Source of the DNA: Takakia lepidozioides
Lineage: Eukaryota; Plantae; Bryophyta
NCBI GenBank assembly: GCA_030704615.1
Contig: CM060732.1
Span: forward strand, 44,888,001-44,952,000
Direction: 5' to 3'
Length of the DNA stretch: 64,000 nt
Each line of letters opens with the position of its first letter. Positions within the stretch are counted from its first letter, which is position 1. Positions 1-13,162 of this stretch are shown here, piece by piece. Under the pieces are notes generated by a model. That model had not been told where the DNA came from, made no database searches, and was given only the letters and a program-made list of their open reading frames with translations. A program made the translations under genes and the position numbers.

Positions 1-3000
1 GGTGAATCATATTAGACGTATAAGACAAATACAAATAATAATCTTTGACATATAGTATACATACCCTGAATCAAATTTATGTAGGTAGTGAACATTGCCC
101 ATTATAACCAAATTATTTGTCTATTGAGAGCCTCTTCATCAAAGGTGTAGATGATAAAATATGACAACTGCACACACAGGACCACACACAAAGAGAGAGA
201 AAGACTCTTCCTAAAGCAAATGTAATGTATGGTGCCAAAGGGCTACTGCCTTCCGCTTGGACAACATACTATACATTTAAATGTTTTGAGAATATTAAAG
301 ATTCAGTGAGATGATTAAACAATAGCGATAAACGCACTTGATTAGCAACAAAAAGAGGATCCTCCTTAGAACAACTTCCTTCAAGCCAATTGCAATAGAT
401 CCATGTTAAGGAATTAGTAGTGTCGATTTCAAAAGAGTACGATTAGCTGGATATCTTTAAGTGTATATAATATAACCTGCATTATATTAACCATCCAGAC
501 ATATAAAATATATAGTTTATTTAGTTGTTAGTTTTCAAATGCGAAATTGATGCAATAGAGACACATTACAAATGAACTAATGGTGTGTATTGCAAAGTTA
601 CACCCACTGAATTATTGGTTTAAAGGCAATATTAATTACCAGTATTGTTGTACTAATTACATGGGATTAACTAATTTACCCCTTTTGAATTGAGACGGAC
701 AAAGGACTATAATTGTTGACCGAACAAGGTGTCCACCTTTCTATCGGAACTTAGCAGTAGTGGTTCGGGTCAAGTGACACCATAAGCTACGCTTGCTTAG
801 GTAAGAGTTCATTCATTTATTTATTTATTTTTGCCCTTTTTCGTTAACCGAACTGATGGACTAAACTAAAAGAGCCCACCTTTTACTAGGATCCATATCT
901 TAGTCTGGTATTGGAAGTTCACAATTCTCATTTATGATTTCCACTGGAGTCTTCTCTCTCAGACTAAACTACTTGAGGGCACTATCTTGTTGTAATGATT
1001 GTTTCAATATGCCTAGATTTAAATTTTTGGTTCAATCTTACTTGCGTACAATGATCTATGGTTCTTGAGTCAAATAATAATCGTTAACCATTATTATCCC
1101 AGCTATGTCTCATATTCGTATTCGGAGTTTTGATTTTGTAAAGTTAAAACTTAAAATTTTAATTGCATGAAAGGTACCTGCTGCCACAGTTTCAGCTAAT
1201 AACCTATGTTTTTTGAAATAGATGTGACAATCTCTATATTGACTAAGTTGCAGTCACAAGTGACAATACATGTCACTTTTCAGATTTTGTTTTGGATATC
1301 AAAGTTCAAACCACGCTAAGAAACCTCTAAGAAATTGCCTTCTAGCAATAACTAATTAATATAATATCTATGTATATTTTAGAAAAGTAGAATGTGTTAA
1401 TTTTATGTAAAGCATTGTCACTATGTATAATCTGTTTGTTGTTAGCAGCATAACAATATGGATTATTTGAGCCTATAATCTATTAGCTTTTGATCTGGAC
1501 AAATTGATTGTGTGAAACTATCAAGTTAATATCTTATGCATTTGTACATCATAAAAACCTTAAGTCAGCTAATAAAACTTCATAATATTTACAACTGAAG
1601 TGGAAAATAAATGTTGAGTCCGTATATGCGAGTTTTGGATTATAAATGTACCTATGGAAATCCTTTGATTCATAAAGTCTATCCCACATGCCTGTGCTCA
1701 CACCAGACAATCCTCTTCCATGTATTGACTTAACCCGGTCCAAATGCAAACTTTGTTTTTCTGCCAACTTATTCGGAATTTGATGTCTATATGTGGAATA
1801 CAAAGTATAGTCAAGACTTAAACTCTCTTCATGATTTGATACCAATGACATGTCAAGCATTGTTGTCCGAGTCTTTAATCCACAACAAGATTATCAGAGT
1901 GAGAGCTAGAAACAAATTGGCCAATTTTTTCTTGTATAGTCTTGGTTGAGGTATAATATTACCGTGATGAGATGGCAACAAATCTTCCTGCTATATTGGA
2001 TGATCCCAACCATCAAAATATGAGCTTGCATAATATTTAGTACATAGAGACAATGTGCACAAGCCTATGATGGCATGAGTAAATTTAGTGACGATCATGA
2101 TTAATGCTCCTAACATTGTTTTCTTAACAAACATCTTGGTCAATTGACAATATCTATATCAATTTATATTCAAAGATTGTGAACTAATACCTGGAGTGTA
2201 CATGGTAAAATATCATTTGCATCTTTGTTTGGCTCTAATGTTTGGGAATGTGCATGCACAAACACGTTTCGTTTCATATTATACTGTTGATGTCATTGAT
2301 AAGATAGAAGTCAAGTCAAGTATAATTATTGGAATATATAGACACATGACAGGAATACAAGATAATGTAGTTGACATTTCACTTGTTCCACTAACAAACA
2401 TGGAATGTATAAATCAATCTTCGAAATAAAGATCATGTTCATGTATGAGTAGAACCCCATTTTAACAAAGATATATTTGTCATATTTTAGCTTAGTGAAT
2501 GTGCTCTCTTTCTGCAGATTTCCAGTTTATTTCAATTGGAAACGCTTACATATACTCCTTCACCAACTTATTCTCTCCCATTATATCATATCATATAGAG
2601 GGCAAAGCTACCTAGAACAAGGCTCATGATTTTTTCTCGCTTGATACACTACAAAATTATGAACACTTGGACAAGTTTCAGTTTGTTACCAGCTTCCAAT
2701 AGATTTTGAATATTTGAAGCACTACCTTGTACACATCTTGTCTAGTTAGCTATATTTTCATTTGTACATATTGAAAAAGTGTGTGTCAAATTATATACCT
2801 CAAACAAGATTTTTTAAAAGTATATTCAGAAATATTTAGAAATGTATATAATGCCTTTAAAACATTGGGATATGAAGAGGTATAAGTCCAATAACAACAA
2901 AAAAATATTTTTGAAAAGGTAAATCATTCAAGATGACTATGAAAAGAAATCTAGAATTCATCCATATTATACTTAGACTCATGTGTTCCTCATGTGGCTT

Positions 3001-5147
3001 TTAGGTAGCTAAAAGACCACATGGGGGTCACTATATGTATTTTTTTTCATATCACGTGCGTACAAAGGTATATTTATACTAGGCTATACTTTTAAAATTT
3101 TGCATTTTTTTCCACCCTATCTTTAGGTAATATTGTAAAACCCTTTGTTTTCTGACACCTTTTTTTTATAATTTTCTTTTGCAACAATTAATTAGATCAT
3201 ATTTTAAATTCTCATTTTAAATAATTTCAAATTTTCAAAACATGTACACAAACAAGTACATTCCATATAACATAAGTCAAATGCAAGACCCAAGAAAAAG
3301 TTTAATTTTCATTAGCCACGGACTCATTCAAAGCCGCAACATCACTTGGATCTAAAGAGTACAAGTCTTTGAGATGGTTCAAATGCCATAGTCAATGTTG
3401 AGATTATGGTATCAACATCAATCCACTGTGTATCACTGGAATCATATTTGAACTTCAGGTGACCTCTACCTGATTTCATCATGATGGATTAGAGCTGGAT
3501 GCAATATGAAAAACTTCACAAGGATGGATACATTATACTGTAGATAAAACCCTTTATTACATTAATTTTTTAAGTAAAACTTTTCTAAAATTTACCTCAA
3601 AAAAATAAATTGCACCCTATATTTGTTCTCACGTGGTTTTGAAAATACGAGGAGTGACCCCCCCAAATAAAAGACTCACGGTGCTAGCATGTTTGCTGGT
3701 AATTAGTCGCTGACCGCACTTGACTACTAGCAAATAAACCGTTGCGCAAAAACTAATTTCGAGCAAATGCGTGAAATTTTCTGTCATTCTTTTGTTTTGT
3801 TTTTTTAATTCCCCGGGCGGCTATGGCGGATAGATAAGCTCCAAGTAATTGTTGTGACTATATGCGTCTGTCTCGGGAAATTGTTTTTAGAATTTAGATC
3901 ATTCAAACTACATTTAAGCAGTTGTACTGCTCCAGCTAAGATGTAAATGAGATTATTTGGTTGAAGTTTTGTTGTGTTCCATTACCATACATAATGCGTT
4001 TAGATATTTGGTGCTCTCATATTGAATCGTATCACATATATGAGCTCAATATTGATGAATAGTTGAGAGGAACGTGGTCTTTGGCGTAACTAGAAAGTTA
4101 CTTTTGTCCTAGAAGTGATATTGGATACGCTCGATATGCTTAAGAGGCTAGAATCAAATGTTGGCTTTATGGACTAGGGTTTCATGAGTGTATCAGGAAG
4201 CCATCATCTTTTTGTTTGAGAGAGATTTTGATGCGTAGAATGATCTGCTTTTCAAAACCCTTCATGTATGTAGGAGACCTTTTGAGTGGATATGTGTTTG
4301 AAGAAGAGTCGAATGTGCCTACTGTGTTTTAGAGAGTGGAGAGGAAGTACAACTTGATTGGGAGAAGTTCGGCTTCTTGTATGAGTTTGTGAGTGGATTT
4401 GAGGAGTACATTGATATCACAAAGAAGAAATACTCGAGACTATGGGATTTTTATCACTGAGAGGAAGATTTAGCAAGATTCGGACACCATTGACCATTTC
4501 TGCATTTTTGGTGATCGTTTAAACTGTTCTTCTTGAGATTATGTTATCCCTCCTCATCATGACCTCGAACCAAGGGCTCTTATTTGTTTGTGGATCCACA
4601 CCTGAGGGACCGAGCATTGTATCAATCAAGAAGGCACATAGTGACACCTCTGTATGTTGGAGAGAGACTGAATTCGCATCAATCTGTAGGTGGCCATCAT
4701 GCAGGTAATAAAAGTCCTTCACGCCTTGCGGTTCATATCTACCATGGTGGAAATATAATTCGTCAACAATAGTGCGTGGAGGCCAACAGTGGAAGCCGAC
4801 ATATTCTTGCAGGTCGGAACGAATTTCAGTCTGAAGGAGGGAGCCGACAGCCAATGGGAGAGATCCAACAACCAATGAGAGAGAGTCAACAACCAATGGG
4901 AGAGGGAAGGTTTAGGATTCAACAACAAAGACAAGAAAATGGTCCGAACAGCACTGCGCATGAGAGCCTCCTCCTAAAAAAAAATCTTCGAAGTGACAAT
5001 GCAACTTTCAATAAGCAGATATGAAGTTTGACAAACAGCCTTCACCTAATGTCTAGGAACGGGGCCAGAAACCTGCATGTGACAAATGAGATTATATTAA
5101 AAGTTAGAGCTTTTTCATGCTATGTCCTGACAACTATCAGTTCATAG

Positions 5148-5576
5148 TACTTTTTCTAGGGGAAGACTGAGTAAATGTTTGATTATCTATTTCTTCCATG
5201 CTATGTTTAAGTCTGTTTATTCTTCTTCCAAAATTCTCCTAGCTGGCTTCCTATATAAAATCTGTCAATTCCAAAACCATAACTGCATAATACTTTTTCC
5301 AGGGGAAGACTAAGTAAACGTTTGGTTATCTGTTTCCTCCATGCTATGTCCGAGTCCACTTTTTCTCCCTCCAAAATTCTCCTAGTTGGCTTTCCGTATA
5401 ATTTCTGTCAATTTCCAAAATCATAACTGCATAAATATTTTTCCAGGAGAAGACTGAATAAATGTTTGGTTTCTATTTCCTCCATGCTATGTCCAAGTCT
5501 ACTTCTTTTCATTCCATAATTCTCCTAGCTGGCTTCATGTATAATTTATGTTAAATTTCCAAAACCATAATTGCAG
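5148..5576. repeat. Tandem repeat, 3 diverged copies of a ~143-bp unit
   Basis: The unit tactttttc(t/c)aggggaagact...ccatgctatgt...aattctcctag(c/t)tggctt...ccataactgc starts at ~5148, 5291 and ~5436. Confidence 0.85.
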
Positions 5577-8405
5577 GCCGCGAAGATGTCAATGATCACA
5601 AGAGCATTCATTCTAAGAAAAGATGTTTTTGTGAGCACTCTCTTCCCAGATGAAAGAGCGGTAAAAGAAGCAATCTTGGCTACATATGGTGTAGCTGAGG
5701 GGACACTATGATGCAACAATTGATGGACCGAAAGATGGGGGCCACAAGATAAAACTTAAAAAGTGAAGCTGGCTTGCGACCTCGTGCAACATCACACACA
5801 TTCAAATGACTAGATGGCATTATATGCATTTGGTCAAAAAAAAAGTTGTATCGAATTTTACAAATACCAAAGCCTCCTCTGAATGCATCTGTGAATTAGG
5901 ATAAAGATGCATGGATAGGAGGCTTGCATTCTTGGGTGAAGGTATGACTTATTGTTAAAACTTTTTGCTACTGTGCTATAGCCTATTTCCTAGTCACAAT
6001 CCTAGTGACCTTTTGTGCAAATTTGGGCAATGTAAGGTTTGGGCGGCAAATCAGATGTATGTAGATCATAAAATTTATACATAGTATATATATGCTACCC
6101 ACAATAGAACTAGTAATGGATGTAGTGGTTTTTGGCTGGCCTTTAGATGATGTTCTTGGTCTTTTTTGAGAGATGAAGAATATTAATGAAGGAAGATCCA
6201 GTCCATGGTTTGGCCAGATCACATGTATGACTTGTGATAATCACAAGAGTATTTGGTCAGAGAGTGGAGGTGCTTGCTGACGTTTTAACATTTGTTGTGG
6301 AGTCTTTGTTTGCTCATTCAAAGTGCATGTAATTTGTTTGTTGTTTATATTCATCAGTTATTTTGGGTCATAAGACATCAGTATCAGAAAAATATAAAGA
6401 AGTAAGTCTTCCTTACATTCAGTAGTCATCACCACATCACCACAGGTTGTGGCATTTAGTCGCTGAATGGTCTGTGTACGTGATGATGTTGAAATAAAAC
6501 TAGAAGAGGGTTGACTTGATCTCATTTATAAATTCCAGTGAAATCCTCTGCAAAAATTAATGGATTCATGGAGAAAGAAAGCCAATAACTTTGTTTGTAC
6601 AATTGTAGTTATAAGCTGACAGCTCAATCAACGACTTAAGGGGGCAGTGGGACTTGGTCTGAGCAGTAGTCACCGTTTAGTAGAGCTAGTACTGTGAGCC
6701 AATCAAATATAGGGATAAAATTCAATTTCACCAGTAGACTTACTATAAACTGGACAAACCCGAATGCAAGTAATAGTTGTATAATTTGAAATGAGTAGTT
6801 CAGGATATACCACAGAAAATTAAAAGAGAATTGTGATATGCTCTATCCCATGTGGGAGTTGTACATTTTTTATGTTTTCAAACTATCTGAATTCAAGCAT
6901 GCCTTGAACATTATCTGAAAGGCCATCTTGTTGGAAGTTTTGTCATATTATATGATATGTTGTATTTATATTACAAAACAAATTATAAAAAAATCTGAAA
7001 GTAATAAATAAATAAGTAGAATGTTTGATATGATCGATTTTCTGTAAAGATGACAACGTATGGATTTCATATTGAAGTTTAATCAAAATAACAAATTATT
7101 TTTAGCAAGGATTCAATATATTACTATCATAATATTCTTATTTGATAAGAACAAAACTTATATCTATGAATTGATGTCAACCTTTGTATGAAACAAAATG
7201 AGAACTCATGTTGCATGTCCATCTAATCGACTTACCAAGCTTCAATGCCGCTAATATATTCTTACAACTACTAATGTCATTATTGGATCAAAATCCGTGG
7301 ATTTGGCATTGAGTTTATAGTGCATGTACAAACAATACCTGCGGGTTTGATTCAATGTTGATTTTAAGTTGAATGAATGTTGCTATTCAAAATTTGAGAT
7401 GTTACTATTCCTTAACTATATTCCTCACTGACTAGTACATGTACAAAATCAATGTCAAAGACAGTGTGTATTTACTATTAGATGTGGAATGAGCAGTGAA
7501 GAATCCCTCCAGTGAGACAGATAGGATTAGGGAACGCTGGTGAAGTATGCCCAATAACATTTTTTGTGTAGATGCATGTCGTTCAGAGCCAGGAAGAGCC
7601 TAGCAAGATGAGTACTGATAAATTGTTGCTCGCCATAAAAAATGGAAGAAATTATGTCTCATGCCATACTTCGAGTTTCAAGTGAAAGTAACTAATTTGC
7701 ATGCAATTTGGCATTTGCAACAATGTCACCGCAAGTGAAATGCAGTGAATAATTTTTTTAAATGGAAAATAATAACAACAAATTTTGAGATAATTGTATC
7801 TGATCTGCTTAGTTTTAAATCATTAGGTGTGAATATGAGTGATATCATCTGCACAAGTGTTACAGTGTAGTGAGTTAGCAGTTGCCAACTTGCAGAAGTA
7901 TAACAAGTCCCTCGATGAAAGTGACTTCTCAGCGACTCCATGTACATCTGTAGTGAAAATGTTGGTACAAGCTAGTGGTGTTTGTCTTGGAATGTGTCAG
8001 TAATATGGTCTTTAGTAAACAAACATCTTGGATATTGTATAAGCTCTAGAAGTATTCTTTGTATCATGGTTCAATGTGAATTTGTTTGAAATTCTAGGAA
8101 CTGCATGGACCCGCATGATCCAACCAAGCTATGTCTGCAACAGCCATTGAAGCTCTCTTTGTATGGGTTATTGAGGGGTCCCCACATTTTTCGAATCTGA
8201 AGTGTTTAGCATTGTCTTCAACATGGAGGTTAGGCCTTCCAGAGATCCAACTTTTAGCTTGGTACTGGTAGGCAATATGAGAATTTTCCCTCACCAAAAC
8301 TGGTTGGAATTGGAAATCGTGCACATGATACTACTTGAATATTCTTTAGATAGTCCATTGGTGTTGACTATCAATCAGCAAATAACCCTTAAACAATATC
8401 GTTAC

Positions 8406-8863
8406 TAGAGGAGTAAATTACTGCATTAACTTACTTAAGACGTATCAACATTGGCAACGGCAACGGCGGGAGCCAGAATGTCGAGTTCATAACTATCTAG
8501 TCAGCTAGTTTATGTTATCCAATGTATTCAAATCTAGCCAGCTAGCTTGCATTCTAGTCCACTGAATTCTAAAATCCTAATGATAGTATTTCCTGCTTGT
8601 GGCATGGATATAGTGTGGCTAAGTAGGCTTGCTTTCCACCTTCTCTATCCGTCGTGTAAGGGGAGTTAGCAGTCTGAGAATAGCTGGAGGGATAGGTTGC
8701 GTGTTTTCCAGCTTGCTTAAGCTGGTGTGTACCTTTTGGCCTGTTTGCAATACAAACATTGTTACTTGCAATTCCTATGTACAGTCTTGTATCACGGGTT
8801 AGTCTGTAGTACTAGTATTGTTTGCTTCAGCATGAAAGTCAGGAGAAAGCTGGTATTCCCTTA
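8406..8863 (+). repeat. 5' LTR of copia element
   Basis: Direct repeat of 11841-12297 with scattered substitutions; termini TA...TA. Confidence 0.9.
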
Positions 8864-8878
8864 GGTTATGGTCCCACG
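8864..8878 (+). promoter_or_regulatory. Primer-binding site for an internal (half-molecule) tRNAiMet primer
   Basis: ggttatggtcccacg is one mismatch from GGTTATGGGCCCAC, the complement of the tRNAiMet anticodon arm used by Drosophila copia-, Ty5- and Osser-type elements. Confidence 0.75.
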
Positions 8879-8955
8879 AACCTGTCCTTAAACTGTGTCA
8901 TTGTTTTTATTCTTATTTTTTGGTTTAGTGCAGCCTGAAGTACGTTTGTGTCAGC

Positions 8956-9700
8956 ATGACGGACGTTACTAAAAATCTGGGAAACATAGATAGGTTCAAC
9001 GACGAGAACTGCGCTATTTTCCTTGGGAAAGTGTTGATTGGGGTAGTGGACGGGACAGAGCCCAAACCAGCAAGCGCTGGTGCTGATCAGTTAGCCTAGG
9101 TCAAGCGAGACAAACAGACGATCCACCTTCTTTGTCAAACGATAGACAAAAAATATTTGAAGAACGTTATCAGTTGTGTGACCTCAGATGCAATTGGGCG
9201 AAGCTGATATTGATTCAAGAGCAAGATGCCAACGAGAGCGTTCATGTCTTGCAACAGAGGTTTTACAAAGTACAGCTATGGGAAGGAAATGGGATCGCCT
9301 CTTTTCTCCGCAATGTAGACATGGTTGTTAGTCAGTTGGCTAGTCGGGGAGATAAGATGTTCACTGAGGCTGCCATCATTGCTAAGATCATGGCCAACCT
9401 TCCGTCAAGTATGATAGCTTGCTATCATCGTGGGATATCACTCCGAATGCATTCAAGACTCTGGAGAATTTGACCTTGCGCTTGCTGCAGCAAGAAGCTC
9501 GGATCAAGAGTCGTCAGGATGCTAGTACAGACAAGGTGACGACTTTCGTGGCTGCGAAGTCAGAAGGAGGTTCCAAGTCTGGATAGTTCGGAGGTGGCGA
9601 GAAGCAGAAGCAAACCTTCACGTACAAGCAACGTCAGGTTATGTAGGGAGATAGAAGACCAGAAGAAGAACACCGCGTGTCACAAGTGCAGGCGAAAGGG
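8956..9700 (+). pseudogene. gag: Copia gag remnant
   Basis: MTDVTKNLGNIDRFNDEN..., AAIIAKIMANLP and the start of a zinc knuckle (CHKCRRKG); frameshifts and stops; truncated at ~9700. Confidence 0.8.
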
Positions 9701-10151
9701 GGCTCTGCCATCGGTATCATTTTTTTTACTAGCCTTGGAGCCTTCTTCATTTGTGCATTCGCGTGCCCATATTTCCGCGGATTACTATATAGCCACCCTA
9801 TATCCGAGGATAGTTTATGAACATTCTGACTTTGATGATTAAAATCCAAATATAAACTCATACCCATATTTTGCAGGATCAGACAGTGGACCAGAAAGAC
9901 TAAATATTTATTTTATTTAGTTTTAAAATTTATCTAGGATATTTAAACTGATATAAATATATATTCAGATTCAAAACTGACATCAATATATATTATTTCA
10001 AAATAAATCCTATTCTTATTATTATGTCATTCACTCATTGTTTATAAAAAGAAATTATGAAATTTTACTATATTTATAAAATAAAATTCGGATTTCAGAT
10101 TTGGCCCAACAAAAATTATACGATTTTATTTTACTTTATTTTATGAAAACG

Positions 10152-10742
10152 GGTATGTGCCGGCCCATACGAATGGGGGCCACTGTCCCTTGTTTTGTTA
10201 ATTGTTTAAAAAACAAAAAAAACAAACACTATTGTCTGGTATGTGACGGCGCATACCAAATGTGAGGGCCATTGTCCCCTGTTTTGTAAGGAGAGAGAAA
10301 AAAAAAAAAAAACAAAAAAAAAAACACATACACACATTGTTGTCTGGTATATGCCGGCGCATACCAAATGTGAGGGCCATTGCCCCTGTTTTGTGTTAAA
10401 AGTTAAAAAAACACACACACACACACTTTCTTTCTGGTATGCGCCGGCGCATACGATATGAGGGCCATTGTCCCCTGTTTTGTTATTATTTAAAATAATT
10501 TAAAAAAAAAAACACTGTTGTTTGAGATATATTTCATCTGTATTAGAACCTATATGCGTCTGCTTATACCCAAAATGGAAACTGTTGTCTGAGATTCATT
10601 TTGTCATGAAAACCTGTATGAGTCTGCTTATACCCAAAATGAAGACATTGATGTCTGATATTAGAGCTTCCCTAAAATTGTATGTGCTTGCGCATACCCT
10701 AGATGAAGGCATTTCGAACGGTATGCGCCTGTGCATATACTA
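10152..10742. repeat. Array of palindromic motifs (GTATGCGCCGGCGCATAC-like) in an insert within the copia element
   Basis: Four long units (~10152, 10238, 10346, 10436), each with the palindrome plus gagggccattgtcccctgttttgt; about four more degenerate copies to ~10740. Confidence 0.8.
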
Positions 10743-11179
10743 AATGGTCAAACCCTAGTTTTCTTTTAATATGTTCATCCTAAATCTTATGCACATGTTC
10801 CACAAGCAGAACATCCTTTCGGGGCAGTATCGTTTTCATGTCGCATATTAGGACTTTATCGCATGAAGAATGTTCCAACTCATTTCATTGAGATGATAAT
10901 GGCCTCCTCTATTGAGCAACATCCTGCCTTTGTAGGAATTGCTTGCAATCATCTAAAGGTGCACGGTTGTAGTTAGACCTCTTATGTCACTCAAAAAATG
11001 TCTGCGGGAATAGGGGGTTTTTATGTCGTAAGGCTACACGGTTATAGGTCTTCCGGTATTCAATATGTAATTCGTGGGAATATGGGATTTTCCCATTCGT
11101 GAGCCTATGCTCAGGAATACAAGTTCACAGCTCTCAAGCTTACACATTTAGGCTCACAGAATAACATTCCTACTGTAAA

Positions 11180-11806
11180 TACTACAACATACGTTTTGAA
11201 CAGAACCGGCACGAGAACCTTGGAGGGATTACTCCATACAAGGCATGATTCCGTGTCAAGCCATCAGTCGATGACATCAGAGTATTTAGATCAGATGCTT
11301 ACATACATGTATCCAAGGAGCTGAGGCACAAACTTCTACCGAAGAGCAAGAAGGGGATTCTCTTGGGCTACTCAGACACGAGTAAGGCATATAGACTATG
11401 GGATGTGGCTGGCGGCAAGGTCGTCGAAAATAGAGAAGTGTTTTTTGTTGAGAGGCATGTGCCAGACCTGACATCAAATGGAGAAGAAAGATTTGTCCCA
11501 GATCTCAACAAGAGCTTCTTCGATGTTGGGGAGATAACACCAATTGCATCAGTTCCAACAGTGGGAGCCCCCGATAATGGCTCAAACGAGGAGCAAGTAA
11601 CTCAAAGCAGTGTCGATGGATTGGCCGGCCACTTTGCTGATGACAACATTCACGATGAAGTTAGGGTAGACGGCTCACATAAACCATTCAAATTTAACGA
11701 TATAGGAGCTGATTATGAAGACGAACAACTAGTTTCTAAACATTATGTTGACATTATTGATGAAGAACTGGCAGTGCAATCGGCAGTTGCTCTCACAGCT
11801 GCTTGA
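11180..11806 (+). pseudogene. Copia integrase C-terminal remnant
   Basis: VNTTTYVLNRT...TPY...KPSV..IRVF..DAYIHV.KELRHKL.PKSKKGILLGYSDTSKAYRLWD...VVENREVFFVE is the typical copia post-catalytic region. Confidence 0.85.
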
Positions 11807-11840
11807 TTATATGTCACTACCAATGTTGTGCAAGTGGGAG

Positions 11841-12297
11841 TAAAGGAGTAAGTTACTACATTAACTTACTTAAGACGCATCAACACTAGCAACAGCAACG
11901 GCGGGAGCCAAGGTGTCGAGTTCATAACTATCTAGCCAGTTAGTTTACGTTATCCAGTGTATTCAAATCTAGCCAGCTAGCTTGCATTCTAGTCCACTGA
12001 ATACTAAAATCCTAATGATAGTAGTTCCCGCTTGTGGCATGGATATAGTGTGGCTGAGTAGGCTTGCTTTCCACCTTCTATATCCGTCGTGTAAGGGAAG
12101 TTACCAGTCTGAGAATAACTGGAAAGATAGGCTACATGTTTCCAGCTTGCCTAAGTTGGTGTGGACCTTTTGGCCTTTTTGCAATACAAGCATTGTTACT
12201 TGCAATTCCTGTGTGCAGTCTTGTGGCACGGGTCAGTCTTTGGTACTAGTATTGTTTGCTTCAGCATGAGCGTCAGGAGAAAGATTGTATTCCTTCA
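11841..12297 (+). repeat. 3' LTR of copia element
   Basis: Direct repeat of 8406-8863; termini TA...CA; followed by TSD GTTAC. Confidence 0.9.
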
Positions 12298-13162
12298 GTT
12301 ACTTCAGGAGTGAGTCTGCAACTTACAGTTGGAAAGAGTTGGGTGTAGAAACATAAGATGTTGTCAGGTACTTGAACATGAACGCTCAAGTGCGATATCC
12401 ACTGAAATATGATCCCACGCACTTCAATTTCTACAGAGCATTACCATTGCATAAGCAACGAGATCAAATAGCCTTTGGCAATGATGCAATGCTGTGCTCG
12501 ATTTTGAACAGCATGAGGAGAACAACAGCAAGGGCAAGGTCATGAGCTACCCAAAATGTTCTGGGTTCTGTTTTTGCAAGGTGACAATTTTTTGGTGGGA
12601 CAGTAAGGATTGGAACCAGGAATCCTTCCTCGCATTTGTATTGTATAAACTTCAGAAAGAACTCATTTTTGACTTATGGAAACCCCCTTGAATATATGAT
12701 ACTGTGGTTTCTGAGTTTGTCTGCAAATCTTCTAGGTAAAACTCAGGTCAGATCCGACTGCATTTGCAGCTTGAAGGTAAAAAGCAGCGACGAGCCAAGC
12801 GTGGCCGCCAGGAACGGATTGATTTCTAGACTTACTTCTACTAATATTCTACTCAGCATTACTCCAAAAATTAAAGGCCATTAGAGTTGGGTTGGACCTC
12901 GTATGAAGGTTGACTGTCCGTGATAACGCTGTTGGCCATTTTAGCTTCAACTGTAGCAGACATGTAATTGCTCAGTTTCGTGGCTTGCAGGTTCGGTTGC
13001 GCGCTGAGGAGTTTAACATATACTCTGCTGTGAAAAATGGGTGGTATATAATGCCCACGTATGTGTGTATAAATGATCGTGTCAGGATCCACCTAACTCC
13101 AGTCATGGCGTAGGATCCTGGTTCACAAGGACGGAGGAGCTCAAGCGATTCGATGAGCGCAA

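Larger units (their letters stand above)
8406..12297 (+). mobile_element. Ty1/copia LTR retrotransposon, internally deleted and non-autonomous
   Basis: Two ~458-bp LTRs (8406-8863, 11841-12297). 5-bp TSD GTTAC at 8401-8405 and 12298-12302. PBS ggttatggtcccacg right after the 5' LTR and purine tract aagtgggag before the 3' LTR. Gag and integrase C-terminal remnants inside; no RT or RNase H seen. Confidence 0.92.

Noticed and set aside
1-8400. Possible decayed transposase, gag or LRR-like remnants in the AT-rich left region
   Set aside because: Only isolated weak motifs (e.g. AQAYDG at ~2060) amid many stops; not enough to support a call
10152-10500. CRISPR-like palindromic repeats with variable spacers
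   Set aside because: Spacers are low-complexity A/CA runs related to each other, the context is a eukaryotic TE, and no cas genes are present
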